The notes under the pieces were generated by a model. That model ran no database searches. It was not told the origin of the DNA and saw only the letters and a list, made by a program, of their open reading frames with translations. A DNA stretch of 63,046 nt, the filler included, from a bacterium (lineage in GTDB: Bacteria; UBA9089; CG2-30-40-21; SBAY01), in assembly GCA_040757115.1 (NCBI GenBank). It is 9 parts of 9 records of this genome, joined end to end, with 100 filler letters (N's around TTAATTAATTAA, not from the genome) between each part and the next. Parts side by side here need not be neighbours in the genome. Positions count along the whole stretch, not along the records: positions 1 to 24,086 come from JBFLYA010000039.1; 8 more parts are not named here. One strand, written 5' to 3'. Position numbers and translations under genes: made by a program. This document shows, in pieces, positions 10,436 to 19,350 of the stretch; within the stretch, counting starts at the first letter, position 1, and every line of letters starts with the position of its first letter.

Positions 10436-10622
10436 TAAAAGAGATTAAACCACGAAAGGCAGAGAGAACACGAAGTGAAATTTGATGAAATATCTAATAA
10501 AGTTAGCAAATATTAAAGTTGGCTTGTTGATAAATTTTAATGTAGAAAGGTTGAAAGAAGGCATAAAAAGATTTGTCTTGTCCAATCTTCGTGACCTTCG
10601 TGCTCTTCGTGGTAAAAGAACA

Positions 10623-10671
10623 GTCTAACAAAACAATGAACCTGACAGAGCAGATTATTTTATCGTTGGGC
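10623..10671 (+). other. Very short attC site (49 bp)
   Basis: GTCTAAC ... AATGAACCTG-ACAGAG-CAGATTATT ... GTTGGGC; the R'' box complements the preceding GTTAGAC. Confidence 0.65.
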
Positions 10672-10678
10672 GGGCTAC

Positions 10679-11395
10679 ATGAAAGGGTCTAACATGCAAG
10701 ACTATGAGCGCCAAGTCAAACTCAAGTTCAAGTTGCTTGCCACTTTCTACGATTTGTCCGATATACCCTTCCTATTGAACGGAAAGGGGAATCCTAGACG
10801 CGCCCTGGCACGGAAGATACCTAACGAGACTTTGCGTATCTTGGATGTATGCGTCGGAAGTGCAAACAGTGCGATAGCCGTCGCGGAAGCCAATGACCAA
10901 AACGAGATTATCGGGGTAGACTTATCCCCTGATATGATTGCTGTGGCTGAAAGCAAAATTCGGAGACGTGGCATACAGAATATCTTCATTCACCAAATGG
11001 ACGCAACTAAGATGACGTTCCAAGATGGCGAATTTGATATTGCTATGATTTCGTTTGGGTTACATGAATTGGATTATGACCTGATGATAGACATACTGAA
11101 AGAGATGTGCCGTGTACTCAAAGAATCAGGTAAACTGTATCTCGTTGACTACGAGCGAGAAGATGGTCTCCTGAAGAATCTTGTGCTCTCCATTCATTTG
11201 AAGATTTTTGAGCCAAGCCATATGCCGCAGTTTCTCAAGTATGATTGGGTTGAGATACTGCAAAGCATAGGATTTCAAGTCACCGAGACAGAGAAGTACC
11301 TGTTCTCTAAACTGATTTGCGCTGTCAAGCAATCCAATGCGGAACTCACCGCCGCCCAACAAGCGGTTGCAGCCGACCGCCTTCGGCGCGGGTAA
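10679..11395 (+). CDS. Class I SAM-dependent methyltransferase (UbiE-like), gene cassette
   Basis: ILDVCVGSA, GVDLSPDMI, FDIA, RVLKESG motifs; stop codon lies inside the downstream attC. Confidence 0.9.
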   Translation: MKGSNMQDYERQVKLKFKLLATFYDLSDIPFLLNGKGNPRRALARKIPNETLRILDVCVGSANSAIAVAEANDQNEIIGVDLSPDMIAVAESKIRRRGIQNIFIHQMDATKMTFQDGEFDIAMISFGLHELDYDLMIDILKEMCRVLKESGKLYLVDYEREDGLLKNLVLSIHLKIFEPSHMPQFLKYDWVEILQSIGFQVTETEKYLFSKLICAVKQSNAELTAAQQAVAADRLRRG

Positions 11396-11481
11396 GCGTG
11401 GCGCACTTTGCCAGCAATCGTTCTGGTTAGCGTGGCGAATCTCGCCATAGTCGGCGGCGGCTGAACCGCAGGCCGTTAGAC
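11354..11481 (+). other. attC site (GC-rich, foreign-looking)
   Basis: GCCCAAC ... GTTAGAC; arms gcggttgcagccgaccgcc / ggcggcggctgaaccgc. Confidence 0.9.
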
Positions 11482-11504
11482 AAAAACAACTTTGGAGATT
11501 ATCT

Positions 11505-11822
11505 ATGATTTCTGAAAAAACAATTAAAAAAGCAATAGAACGATTGATAGAGGTAGCAAAGCCACAAAAGATATACCTATTTGGCTCTTATGCGCGTGGT
11601 GATGCTCGAGAACAATCTGATTTAGACTTTTTGATTGTTGAACAAACGATAAAAAGTCAACGAAAGGAAATGGTTTATCTCCATGATGCAATTCGTTCAA
11701 TGTGTATTCCTGTAGACATTATACCTGTAAGCGAAGCTACTTTTAATGAATGGTCCAATGTGCCAGGTACTGTCATCCATAAAGCCAGAACTGAAGGACG
11801 ATTATGCTATGAAAAATCGTAA
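11505..11822 (+). CDS. Minimal nucleotidyltransferase (MNT antitoxin-like)
   Basis: LFGSYARGD...SDLDFL motif; an overlapping downstream ORF start (MKNRKLAERFL) is probably a truncated HEPN partner. Confidence 0.9.
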   Translation: MISEKTIKKAIERLIEVAKPQKIYLFGSYARGDAREQSDLDFLIVEQTIKSQRKEMVYLHDAIRSMCIPVDIIPVSEATFNEWSNVPGTVIHKARTEGRLCYEKS

Positions 11823-11844
11823 ACTTGCAGAACGGTTTCTGAGG

Positions 11845-12105
11845 CTTGAACCAAAAGGTAAGTGGGAAGCCATTAACTGGCAGAAAGTAAACACTGAAGT
11901 AAGAAGGCTGCAAATGCGTATTGCAAAGGCAGAGCGGGAAGGGAAATATTTACTTTTCCATGGTTTGAGCAATCAACTAAGATATTTGGTTATACTGCCG
12001 GGTTTTAGTAATAGAACCATACAGATGCTTGAGCCGTGTGCGGGGAAACTCGCTCGCACGATTCTTAGGGGGAAAGTGAGGCGAGAGCCTCGCGCTCTAC
12101 CCGAT
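11845..12105 (+). mobile_element. Internally deleted group II intron relic (RT N-terminal fragment plus domains V-VI)
   Basis: WEAINWQKVNTEVRRLQMRIAKAEREGK is RVT_N-like; DV GAGCCGTGTGCGGGGAAACTCGCTCGCACGATTC at 12031; 3' end CTACCCGAT at 12105. Confidence 0.85.
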
Positions 12106-12161
12106 TCCCCAGCTTCACATTGGGTTCTTGCCATGCAATGTCCTCCACTATGAGGTGAAAT

Positions 12162-12566
12162 ATGTGGAATTATCGAGTTGTACGGAAAAAACATATTTGC
12201 GTTGATTCAACAGATAATAAAGAAAGAGTGGACTACACATATGCCATACATGAGGCATACTACGACAAAGAAAGATATGTTGGAGCTATCACCAACGATC
12301 CAGTTGAGCCTTTCGGAGAGAATATCGAAGAGTTACGGCATTCATGGGTAATGATGGCAGAGGCATTCGGTCAGCCAATCCTTGACTATGACAATATTCC
12401 TGAGCCGGGATACGAGAGAAAAGAAGACTCCATGGGTTCTGCACTTGATGAAAGACTCAAAGAACTGGAAACTGGTAGCACTAAGCTAATTCCATGGGAG
12501 CAGGTAAAGAGGGACTTAGAAGAAAAATATGGGCAGTTTGACGAAGAGGGTATAGAAAATGGGTAG
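12162..12566 (+). CDS. Hypothetical protein (MWNYRVV..IHEAYYD type)
   Basis: ORF with GAGGTG RBS. Confidence 0.65.
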   Translation: MWNYRVVRKKHICVDSTDNKERVDYTYAIHEAYYDKERYVGAITNDPVEPFGENIEELRHSWVMMAEAFGQPILDYDNIPEPGYERKEDSMGSALDERLKELETGSTKLIPWEQVKRDLEEKYGQFDEEGIENG

Positions 12567-12747
12567 AAGAAGATAGGATAGAGAAAGAGAGGATACACAC
12601 CGAAGCCTTTGTTGGCACACCGACAATAGAGGAAACTTATCAACAAAATTTATTCCGATTATCGTGAATATATACAACGAGATAAGACTGAAAACCCCTG
12701 GAAATATACAAAGGATGATTAACGAAAGGTTAAATAGGTAGCAAAAA

Positions 12748-13110
12748 ATGGGCATGTTTAATTCAATATATGCTGATCTCTTGTGTCCTGATAAACAGGA
12801 GATAAGCAAAGATACGGAAATTCAAATTAAGTGGCAGAAACCAGAATCTCGTAGCCTCAATATTTATCATTTGGGTGACATATTGGAAGAGATTGAAAAT
12901 GAATATAATAATAATTGGATTCGGAGGGACTACATTTGTAATACTTGCTCAAAACATACAAAAGGCTATAAAGGTAGACCATATATTAAAGTTGATGACC
13001 AAAAAAGGCATTATGTTTTTATTAGAATTGAAAAAGCCAGAATTTGTGATATTCTTACTGAAGAAGAATTCAGACAAAAGGGGATAAAGGAATTTGTTGA
13101 CTATTGGTAA
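12748..13110 (+). CDS. Hypothetical protein, possibly Zn-binding
   Basis: MGMF start, CP and CxxC motifs. Confidence 0.65.
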   Translation: MGMFNSIYADLLCPDKQEISKDTEIQIKWQKPESRSLNIYHLGDILEEIENEYNNNWIRRDYICNTCSKHTKGYKGRPYIKVDDQKRHYVFIRIEKARICDILTEEEFRQKGIKEFVDYW

Positions 13111-13146
13111 GATATAAAGCAGAAAGTCAGAGTCGGACATTGAAAG

Positions 13147-13515
13147 ATGAGAGGAAAAATGAAACCAGAAAAGACGATAACTATCATGGCAGATTTTGGA
13201 TTCGGTCCGTATGCGTGGCTTAAGGACGCTTCGGATGAAACAGATTATGTTGGTTTAAACATTGCAAATCGTGAAACTGGTATGACTGAATTTGATATCT
13301 CAAAACAGCTTGAAACAGATTTTGCCGAATGGATTACCCGCTTCGAACGACACGCACTGAACAACAGTGACTTCCCATGGGAATTGTTTCATCAAGATGG
13401 TCTGCTTCTTGCCAAAAGGCTCAAACAAGAAGTTGGAAATGTGGCTAATGTTGTGTATGTAAAACCAACGGAAGACCCTAATCACCAGGTCGAGGAGAAA
13501 ACATGGATTGAATGA
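13147..13515 (+). CDS. Hypothetical protein
   Basis: ORF co-oriented with neighbours. Confidence 0.6.
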   Translation: MRGKMKPEKTITIMADFGFGPYAWLKDASDETDYVGLNIANRETGMTEFDISKQLETDFAEWITRFERHALNNSDFPWELFHQDGLLLAKRLKQEVGNVANVVYVKPTEDPNHQVEEKTWIE

Positions 13516-13612
13516 AGGAAGAAAAAGGAAAAAAGAGGAAAAGGGGAGAAAGGGAAGACTAATGTCACATTTTGAGTGAGTATTGACAAGAGGTATGGCT
13601 TAAGGCAATTTA

Positions 13613-14995
13613 TCAGGAAAGTTTCGCTGAAGGGTTAGCAAAATCGAGGGGGCTTTTAGCCTCTTTGACAGTTGAACTTTTGATTGTATGGGTATAAATC
13701 ATGGTTGTTCGGACATCACTATGTCCCAGCAACTCCTGAATAGTTCTGATATCGTAATTGGCTTGTAAGAGATGTGTGGCAAAGCTATGGCGGAAGGTAT
13801 GGGCTGAAACCCGCTTCATAATCTTCACCTTTCTGACCGCCTGTTTAATTGCTCTGTGCACATGAGTCTCATATAGATGATATCTCTTTAATTCCTTTGA
13901 ATCAAGAACAAAGGTCAACATTTTAGATGGAAAAAAACACTGCCAGATTAATTCCTTCCCACAATCCTTATATTTCTTTTCGAGCAAGCCAGTTATAAAT
14001 GCGCCTGCGTAGCCTGCCTTGAGGTCATTCTGGTGCAACTCCTTCACTTTTTCGAGATGAACCTTTAATTGAGGTATAATTGTCTGTGGTAAAGGCACGG
14101 TTCTATCTTTTTGTCCTTTACCGTCGTGGACTGTGAGGATACCGGCATCAAAATTGAAATTGTGAAGCCGAAGATTCAGGCACTCAAACAAGCGTAAGCC
14201 ACAGCCATACAACAACTTTACCACAAGGTCATAAGGATATGAAAGATGGGTAAAAATTGCTTCTATTTCCTCTCTGGACAAAACAACTGGTATATAGCGT
14301 CTTCTCTTTGCTCTAACATTATCCCGATGGTCGCCAAAATCCTTTTTTAGGACATGCCTGAATAAAAAAAGGAGTGCATTAAATGCCTGATTCTGGGTAG
14401 AAGCCGAGACATTCTGCTTGACAGCTAAATATTTAAGAAATTCTTGGACATCCTGGGAAGAAAGTGACAGAGGGGATTTGTTTTTGGTAAAAGTGTAGAA
14501 CCTTCTCAACCACATTACATATACCCTTAATGTTTTCGGAGAATAGTGTCTTATTTTTATTTCAGCCAGCAAATTTGTGTAAATTTTCTTCCATTCTGAG
14601 GTTGAATCATTCTTCTGGATGGATTCTTCCTGAACCTGTGGTAAGGAAGATGATATTGAAATCCTTTCTACCATCTTCAAACTCGGCTGTCCATTTACAT
14701 CTAAATTCATTTTGTTCTTATCCACTGGATTAACATTGGTCTCCAATACTTCGTAATAAAGATATACGGAATGAGCCGCTTGTTTTTGCTGTATTTGTGT
14801 CTGGTGTTTTTCCTGTAATTTCTTTATAAACTGAGCAAGATTTTCCCTATTTGAATATTCAAGGTTATATTTATGGCAAAAGTCAAAATAATACCTCAGC
14901 CATTTTTTATAATTGGTCTGCTCAGAAATAGGGATTGACTTTTTAGTCAGTATTGAGCTATAGTGGGCAAATACTTCTATTGGGATATTAATCAT
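13613..14995 (-). CDS. intI: Integron integrase with N-terminal extension
   Basis: SASTQNQAFNALLFLFRHVL, LYGCGLRLFE, DGKGQKDR, integron-specific insertion (KY..GKELIWQ.FFP...RYHL), HTFRHSFATHLL..YDIRTIQELLGH..TTMIYTH. Confidence 0.97.
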   Translation of the reverse strand: MINIPIEVFAHYSSILTKKSIPISEQTNYKKWLRYYFDFCHKYNLEYSNRENLAQFIKKLQEKHQTQIQQKQAAHSVYLYYEVLETNVNPVDKNKMNLDVNGQPSLKMVERISISSSLPQVQEESIQKNDSTSEWKKIYTNLLAEIKIRHYSPKTLRVYVMWLRRFYTFTKNKSPLSLSSQDVQEFLKYLAVKQNVSASTQNQAFNALLFLFRHVLKKDFGDHRDNVRAKRRRYIPVVLSREEIEAIFTHLSYPYDLVVKLLYGCGLRLFECLNLRLHNFNFDAGILTVHDGKGQKDRTVPLPQTIIPQLKVHLEKVKELHQNDLKAGYAGAFITGLLEKKYKDCGKELIWQCFFPSKMLTFVLDSKELKRYHLYETHVHRAIKQAVRKVKIMKRVSAHTFRHSFATHLLQANYDIRTIQELLGHSDVRTTMIYTHTIKSSTVKEAKSPLDFANPSAKLS

Positions 14996-15049
14996 GCAGA
15001 ATTCACTCCTTTCTTGATATCATATCAAAAGTAATGTTATCTTGTTAGA

Positions 15050-15145
15050 TTATACAAAATTAAGTAAGATTTGTCAAATTTTTTCTTGACTTTTCTGATG
15101 GGTTTGTGATAAAATATAACAAAAGTGTATAATAACTTGTTAGAC
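15050..15145. promoter_or_regulatory. PintI/Pc-like promoters and attI of the intact integron
   Basis: Minus strand TTGACA-17-TATAAT; plus strand TTGACT-18-TAAAAT; GTATAATAACTT-GTTAGAC core at 15139-15145. Confidence 0.85.
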
Positions 15146-15236
15146 AGAGAGATATATTTCCAAGTTTGGTCAGTATATAAACGAGGTGCACGAAGTTACG
15201 TCATAAAAATACCACTTTGATTTGAGGAGGTAGTTT

Positions 15237-15818
15237 ATGAATTCGATAATAATAACCGCCCTAAGTGCTCAGATAACTGCCATTTTGGTAGTCATATTTA
15301 GTACATTCTTTGCCAAAAGAAAAGAGACGCAGACAGGACGATCTAAATTCTTCGAATCACTGGATAAAAAGTTCGATATAGGATTTGTTAAAGATCGATC
15401 GGATATTGAAATACTCAAAAGTGCAATTGAGAGAGAAGCGGGTGCTGTTTACTCATTAGCTCCCCTACTTGAGGACTATCTTGTTCATCTCACTCACAAA
15501 GGTACTCAAGAATCAACTGATACTACTTTATCTGAGCGGTATCAAATAATTAAAGAAATAATTGTTCAGGAAAATGCAGACAAACCCTTTGCAGATGTTC
15601 CAGAAGAAGAAAGGCAGTTATTAATAAGAATACGAGACGGGACCCAACATAATGACAAAGAATCTATCTTATTCAATCTAAACGAATTAAGTTCCGTTAT
15701 CTCGGTACGAACCAAAGATTATGAAAGAACCATGAAAACAAATAGATGGGCAGTGCCTCTTGCTGTAATTGGTTTACTTGCCTCAATTGTCTTTGGTGCA
15801 TTTAGCTTGTTGAAATAA
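15237..15818 (+). CDS. Cassette-borne hypothetical protein with N- and C-terminal TM helices
   Basis: GAGGAGG RBS; first cassette after attI. Confidence 0.75.
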   Translation: MNSIIITALSAQITAILVVIFSTFFAKRKETQTGRSKFFESLDKKFDIGFVKDRSDIEILKSAIEREAGAVYSLAPLLEDYLVHLTHKGTQESTDTTLSERYQIIKEIIVQENADKPFADVPEEERQLLIRIRDGTQHNDKESILFNLNELSSVISVRTKDYERTMKTNRWAVPLAVIGLLASIVFGAFSLLK

Positions 15819-15824
15819 TGCCCT

Positions 15825-15886
15825 ATCTAACCAATCGCTGCACCTGACCCTCGCTTCACTCGGGCAGGTGAGCTTTATCGTTATGT
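15825..15886 (+). other. attC site
   Basis: ATCTAAC..gctgcacctgaccc / gggcaggtgagc..GTTATGT. Confidence 0.9.
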
Positions 15887-15920
15887 GGGAAGAATATGAT
15901 AAATTGATTGGGGGAAACAA

Positions 15921-16271
15921 ATGAAAGAAAAGAATGTATGGTGCAAAATAATAGAAGCGGTTACTGCTCCACTTGGTTTTTTTGTTCTCGCTCTTTTGAT
16001 TGTTGAATCTTTCTTGGCTATTGTCCTTACAGGTGGCAAACTAGAAAAAAACGATCAAATGATAGGCATTTACATTGGTATCGCTTTGTTCGTCTTTGTT
16101 ACAATTCTTGTTTTTATATTAGTTTGGCACAAACCGAAAAATTTAACCTTTGATAAGGAGTCACACTTAATCGACCAAGGGAAGGCTCCCTTCGGAACAG
16201 ACTCTACAACAGTTCTAAATAGGGACAAACTGTTGCCTACAGAAGCAAATGGAAAAGGAGGCAACTCATGA
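15921..16271 (+). CDS. Two-TM membrane protein (cassette)
   Basis: Two hydrophobic helices; ATGA overlap with next gene. Confidence 0.75.
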   Translation: MKEKNVWCKIIEAVTAPLGFFVLALLIVESFLAIVLTGGKLEKNDQMIGIYIGIALFVFVTILVFILVWHKPKNLTFDKESHLIDQGKAPFGTDSTTVLNRDKLLPTEANGKGGNS

Positions 16272-16540
16272 AAGCATACACAATAAATTATGATTTAAAA
16301 GCTCCTGATAGAAATTATGATGGTCTTTACGAAGCAATTAAAAAATCACCAAAATGGTGGCATTATTTAGAATCTACCTGGATTATTATTACAAATGAAA
16401 CACCTAATCAAATATGGCAACGTATAGAGCCTTTTGTTGATAAAAATGATTATTTATTGATTATAGAAGTCCGAGATAATGTGCAAGGATGGCTACCTAA
16501 GGATGCATGGGATTGGATTCATACAAATGTACCTAGATAA
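16268..16540 (+). CDS. Small Cas2/VapD-like fold protein (cassette)
   Basis: N-terminal YTINYDL, NYDGLYEAIK, STWII; the family call rests on motif resemblance only. Confidence 0.6.
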   Translation: MKAYTINYDLKAPDRNYDGLYEAIKKSPKWWHYLESTWIIITNETPNQIWQRIEPFVDKNDYLLIIEVRDNVQGWLPKDAWDWIHTNVPR

Positions 16541-16544
16541 AAGC

Positions 16545-16676
16545 ACATAACCAATCGCTGCACCTGACCGCCAACAGTGTAGCGGTTTTGCAAAGTTCTG
16601 TGCCCTATTAAAGTTTAGTGGTTTTACAAAGTTTTGTGTCCATCCTGTTGGCGGCAGGTGAGCTCAATCGTTAGCT
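16545..16676 (+). other. attC site
   Basis: ACATAAC (complements GTTATGT at 15880) ... GTTAGCT; long inverted arms. Confidence 0.9.
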
Positions 16677-16833
16677 GCCATCACCCTATCAAGTGGAGAA
16701 GGAGAAGGGAGAAAGAATAGTGGCAGAAGGAACACCAGAGCCAGTATCTGCCACCGATACAGGCCAGTTTTGAAAAAAATGCTATCCGCTAAAGGTTGAG
16801 AAGATTTGAGAGGGAATGGTATAATATAAATTT

Positions 16834-17709
16834 ATGAAGAAGAGCATAGACCATCTTTCTTTCAGAAAACAGAGGGAATTAGAGACTGTCGTCAGGGTCA
16901 TTCGTAATGTAGTAAGGGTAGAGATGATTGTCTTATTTGGAAGCTATGCCAGGGGAGACTTTGTTGACTATGACTTTCGATACGATGCTGAAGAAGGACA
17001 TTTCACCAGTTATGAAAGTGATTTTGACATTATGGTCATTGTCCAGGAAGAAAAGATAGCGGAAGATTTTAGGATTTGGGGAAGAATTGAAAATCAACTT
17101 AGACACAAAATCCCTACACCCGTAAAGCTCGTTACCGAAGATATTGAGCATGTCAATGAACAACTTTCAGTGGGCAGATACTTTTATGCTGAGGTCAAGA
17201 AAGAAGGCATACTCCTTTATGATTCAAAACGCTTTCAACTTGCAAGGGCAAGGAAGCTCACTCCAGGAATAAAAAAGGCACTGGCAGAGGAGGATTATAA
17301 GCTTTGGTTTCCAAAGGCAAAGGAGTTTTTTGTGAATTTCGAATTTAACTTTGAGAAAGGCTGGAATAATTTAGCTGCCTTTAACCTTCACCAAACCACA
17401 GAGTCTCTATACAGTGGTGCTTCCCTTGTCCTTACCAGCTACAAACCGAAGACGCACGATCTGGAAAAACTAACAAAGCGTATGGAAAAAATTGACTTGG
17501 ATTTTAAAAAGATTTTCCCCCGAGAACAAGCTGAAGAAAAGCGCCTCTTTGAGCTTCTTAGGAAGGCCTATGTTGATGCAAGATACAAGAAATCATATAA
17601 GATTACCAAATCTGAACTGGAATACTTAGCGGAAAGGGTAAAGAAACTGCGTAGATTAGCCTTAAGAAAGAGCAGAGAGAAGATTAAAGAGTTTGAATTA
17701 AGCCCCTGA
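16834..17709 (+). CDS. Nucleotidyltransferase-HEPN fusion protein
   Basis: LFGSYARG..SDFDI; AAFNLHQ, PKTHDL, AYVDARY; own TTGAGA/TATAAT promoter-like sequence. Confidence 0.9.
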   Translation: MKKSIDHLSFRKQRELETVVRVIRNVVRVEMIVLFGSYARGDFVDYDFRYDAEEGHFTSYESDFDIMVIVQEEKIAEDFRIWGRIENQLRHKIPTPVKLVTEDIEHVNEQLSVGRYFYAEVKKEGILLYDSKRFQLARARKLTPGIKKALAEEDYKLWFPKAKEFFVNFEFNFEKGWNNLAAFNLHQTTESLYSGASLVLTSYKPKTHDLEKLTKRMEKIDLDFKKIFPREQAEEKRLFELLRKAYVDARYKKSYKITKSELEYLAERVKKLRRLALRKSREKIKEFELSP

Positions 17710-17851
17710 TCTGCAATATCAAGTTGACTAAACCCTTTATTTGTAGGATAATTTAGCCAATACAACTTTCCTTACAGCAATATAAAGCTGCCAATAGGCA
17801 GTATAATCCTAGGTTAGCTAATATAAAAGAAACACAACGGGAGGTGGTAAT

Positions 17852-18070
17852 ATGGCAGTTACTATTCCATTAGATCAAATGACTACAGCAGAGAAACTTC
17901 TATCAATGGAGAATATATGGGATGATTTATGCCGAAGGGCAGATGAAATCTCTTCTCCGCCCTGGCATGGGGAGGTTCTCCAGCAGAGGGAAGAAAAAGT
18001 AAAGAAAGGGGTAGAGGAATTTACTGATTGGGAGAATGCCAAAGGGAAAATAAAAGAGTCTGTTTCATGA
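17852..18070 (+). CDS. Putative addiction-module antitoxin
   Basis: EKL..ME.IWDDL...SPPWH..VL..R pattern; overlaps toxin start. Confidence 0.85.
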   Translation: MAVTIPLDQMTTAEKLLSMENIWDDLCRRADEISSPPWHGEVLQQREEKVKKGVEEFTDWENAKGKIKESVS

Positions 18071-18360
18071 AAATCAAAATTCTTGAATCGGCATCCCAGG
18101 ATTTAATCGAAGGCTACTGGTTCTACGAAAAACAGCAAGAAGGTCTCGGTAGTTACTTTCTTGATACATTGTTTTCGGATATTGATTCACTACAGATTTA
18201 TGCTGGCATTCATCCCATATATTTTGAACGATATTATCGTTCACTATCTAAACGTTTCCCATTTGCTATTTATTATCGTATTGAGCAAAGAACAGTAGTG
18301 GTATATGCAGTACTTGATTGTCGTCGAAATCCAGCATGGATAAAAGACAGATTAAAATAA
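18067..18360 (+). CDS. RelE/ParE family toxin
   Basis: A.QDL.EGY.FYEKQ..GLG, RFPFAIYY, VYAVLDCRRNP; ATGA overlap. Confidence 0.88.
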   Translation: MKIKILESASQDLIEGYWFYEKQQEGLGSYFLDTLFSDIDSLQIYAGIHPIYFERYYRSLSKRFPFAIYYRIEQRTVVVYAVLDCRRNPAWIKDRLK

Positions 18361-18362
18361 GA

Positions 18363-18436
18363 AGCTAACCAATCGCTGCACCTGACCGCCAACAATCTGT
18401 AGTTTTTCAAAGTTCTGTGCCCTATCAAAGTTTAGC
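18363..18436 (+). other. Truncated attC (left arm only)
   Basis: AGCTAACcaatcgctgcacctgaccgccaaca matches the left arm at 16545; the right arm is missing. Confidence 0.75.
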
Positions 18437-18537
18437 GGAGATATGAGCGGGAGATATGAGGGTCAAACCGTGAATGTGGAATGCACAATAATTCGGTGAG
18501 GCAGAGGAAAAGGAAAAGACAGCGAATCAGAGCTTTT

Positions 18538-18669
18538 GTCTAACCCTGCGTTGCAGTTGACGGCGGGGGACTGTGCCGTGGTCAGAGTTTTGTGGTCTCT
18601 CAAAGTTTTATCTTGCTATCGAACTTTTGTGGTAATCCTCCCCGCCGCACCTGAACTTTATCGTTAGAC
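18538..18669 (+). other. attC site
   Basis: GTCTAAC ... GTTAGAC; near-identical to 18856 and 19351. Confidence 0.9.
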
Positions 18670-18980
18670 TAATAAAAATAATCACACAGAGACACAAAGT
18701 CACAAAGGAATTGAATAAAACAATAAACCTTTGTGTTCTTTGTGGCTTTGTGTGAGAAAATAAAAAGGAGATATTTTAGGGGCAACCGTGAATGTGGAAT
18801 GCACAATAATTCGGTGAGGCAGAGGAAAAGGAAAAGACAGCGAATCAAAGCTTTTGTCTAACCCTGCGTTGCAGTTGACGGCGGGGGACTGTGCCGTGGT
18901 CAGAGTTTTGTAGTCTCTCAAAGTTTTATCTTGCTATCAAACTTTTGTGGTAATTCTCCCCGCCGCACCTGAACTTTATC
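18663..18980 (+). repeat. ORF-less gene cassette; copies at 19157-19475, 23937-24086 (cut by gap) and partial at about 18460-18662
   Basis: Near-identical sequence GTTAGACtaataaaaataatcacacagagacacaaag... bounded by attC sites. Confidence 0.9.
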
Positions 18981-18987
18981 GTTAGCC
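18856..18987 (+). other. attC site
   Basis: GTCTAAC ... GTTAGCC. Confidence 0.9.
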
Positions 18988-19114
18988 CGCTGCAAAGAAA
19001 CAGACTCGGAACGTAAGTGGTGAAGAAGTATCCTGGAGCAGAAATAGCGAAGAAGTGGCTTGGAAGAGGAGCAGCGAAGAAGTAGTGTGGAGAGGAAATG
19101 ACAAAGAAATGAAT

Positions 19115-19163
19115 TCCTAACAAAACAATGAACCTGACAGAGCAGGTTATTTTATCGTTAGAC
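19115..19163 (+). other. Very short attC site (49 bp)
   Basis: TCCTAAC-AAAAC-AATGAACCTG-ACAGAG-CAGGTTATT-TTATC-GTTAGAC; near-identical to 10623-10671. Confidence 0.7.
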
Positions 19164-19350
19164 TAATAAAAATAATCACACAGAGACACAAAGTCACAAA
19201 GGAATTGAATAAAACAATAAACCTTTGTGTTCTTTGTGGCTTTGTGTGAGAAAATAAAAAGGAGATATTTTACGGTCAAACCGTGAATGTGGAATGCACA
19301 ATAATTCGGTGAGGCAGAGGAAAAGGAAAAGACAGCGAATCAAAGCTTTT

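Noticed and set aside
8798-12153. Possible diversity-generating retroelement (Avd-like gene plus RT fragment)
   Set aside because: The RT piece is a group II intron RVT_N relic with DV/DVI. I found no TR/VR pair with adenine-specific differences, and WD40 variation is not clearly A-restricted.
11746-12153. 135-aa ORF as a real gene
   Set aside because: Chimera of a truncated ORF start, an RT fragment and intron RNA domains.
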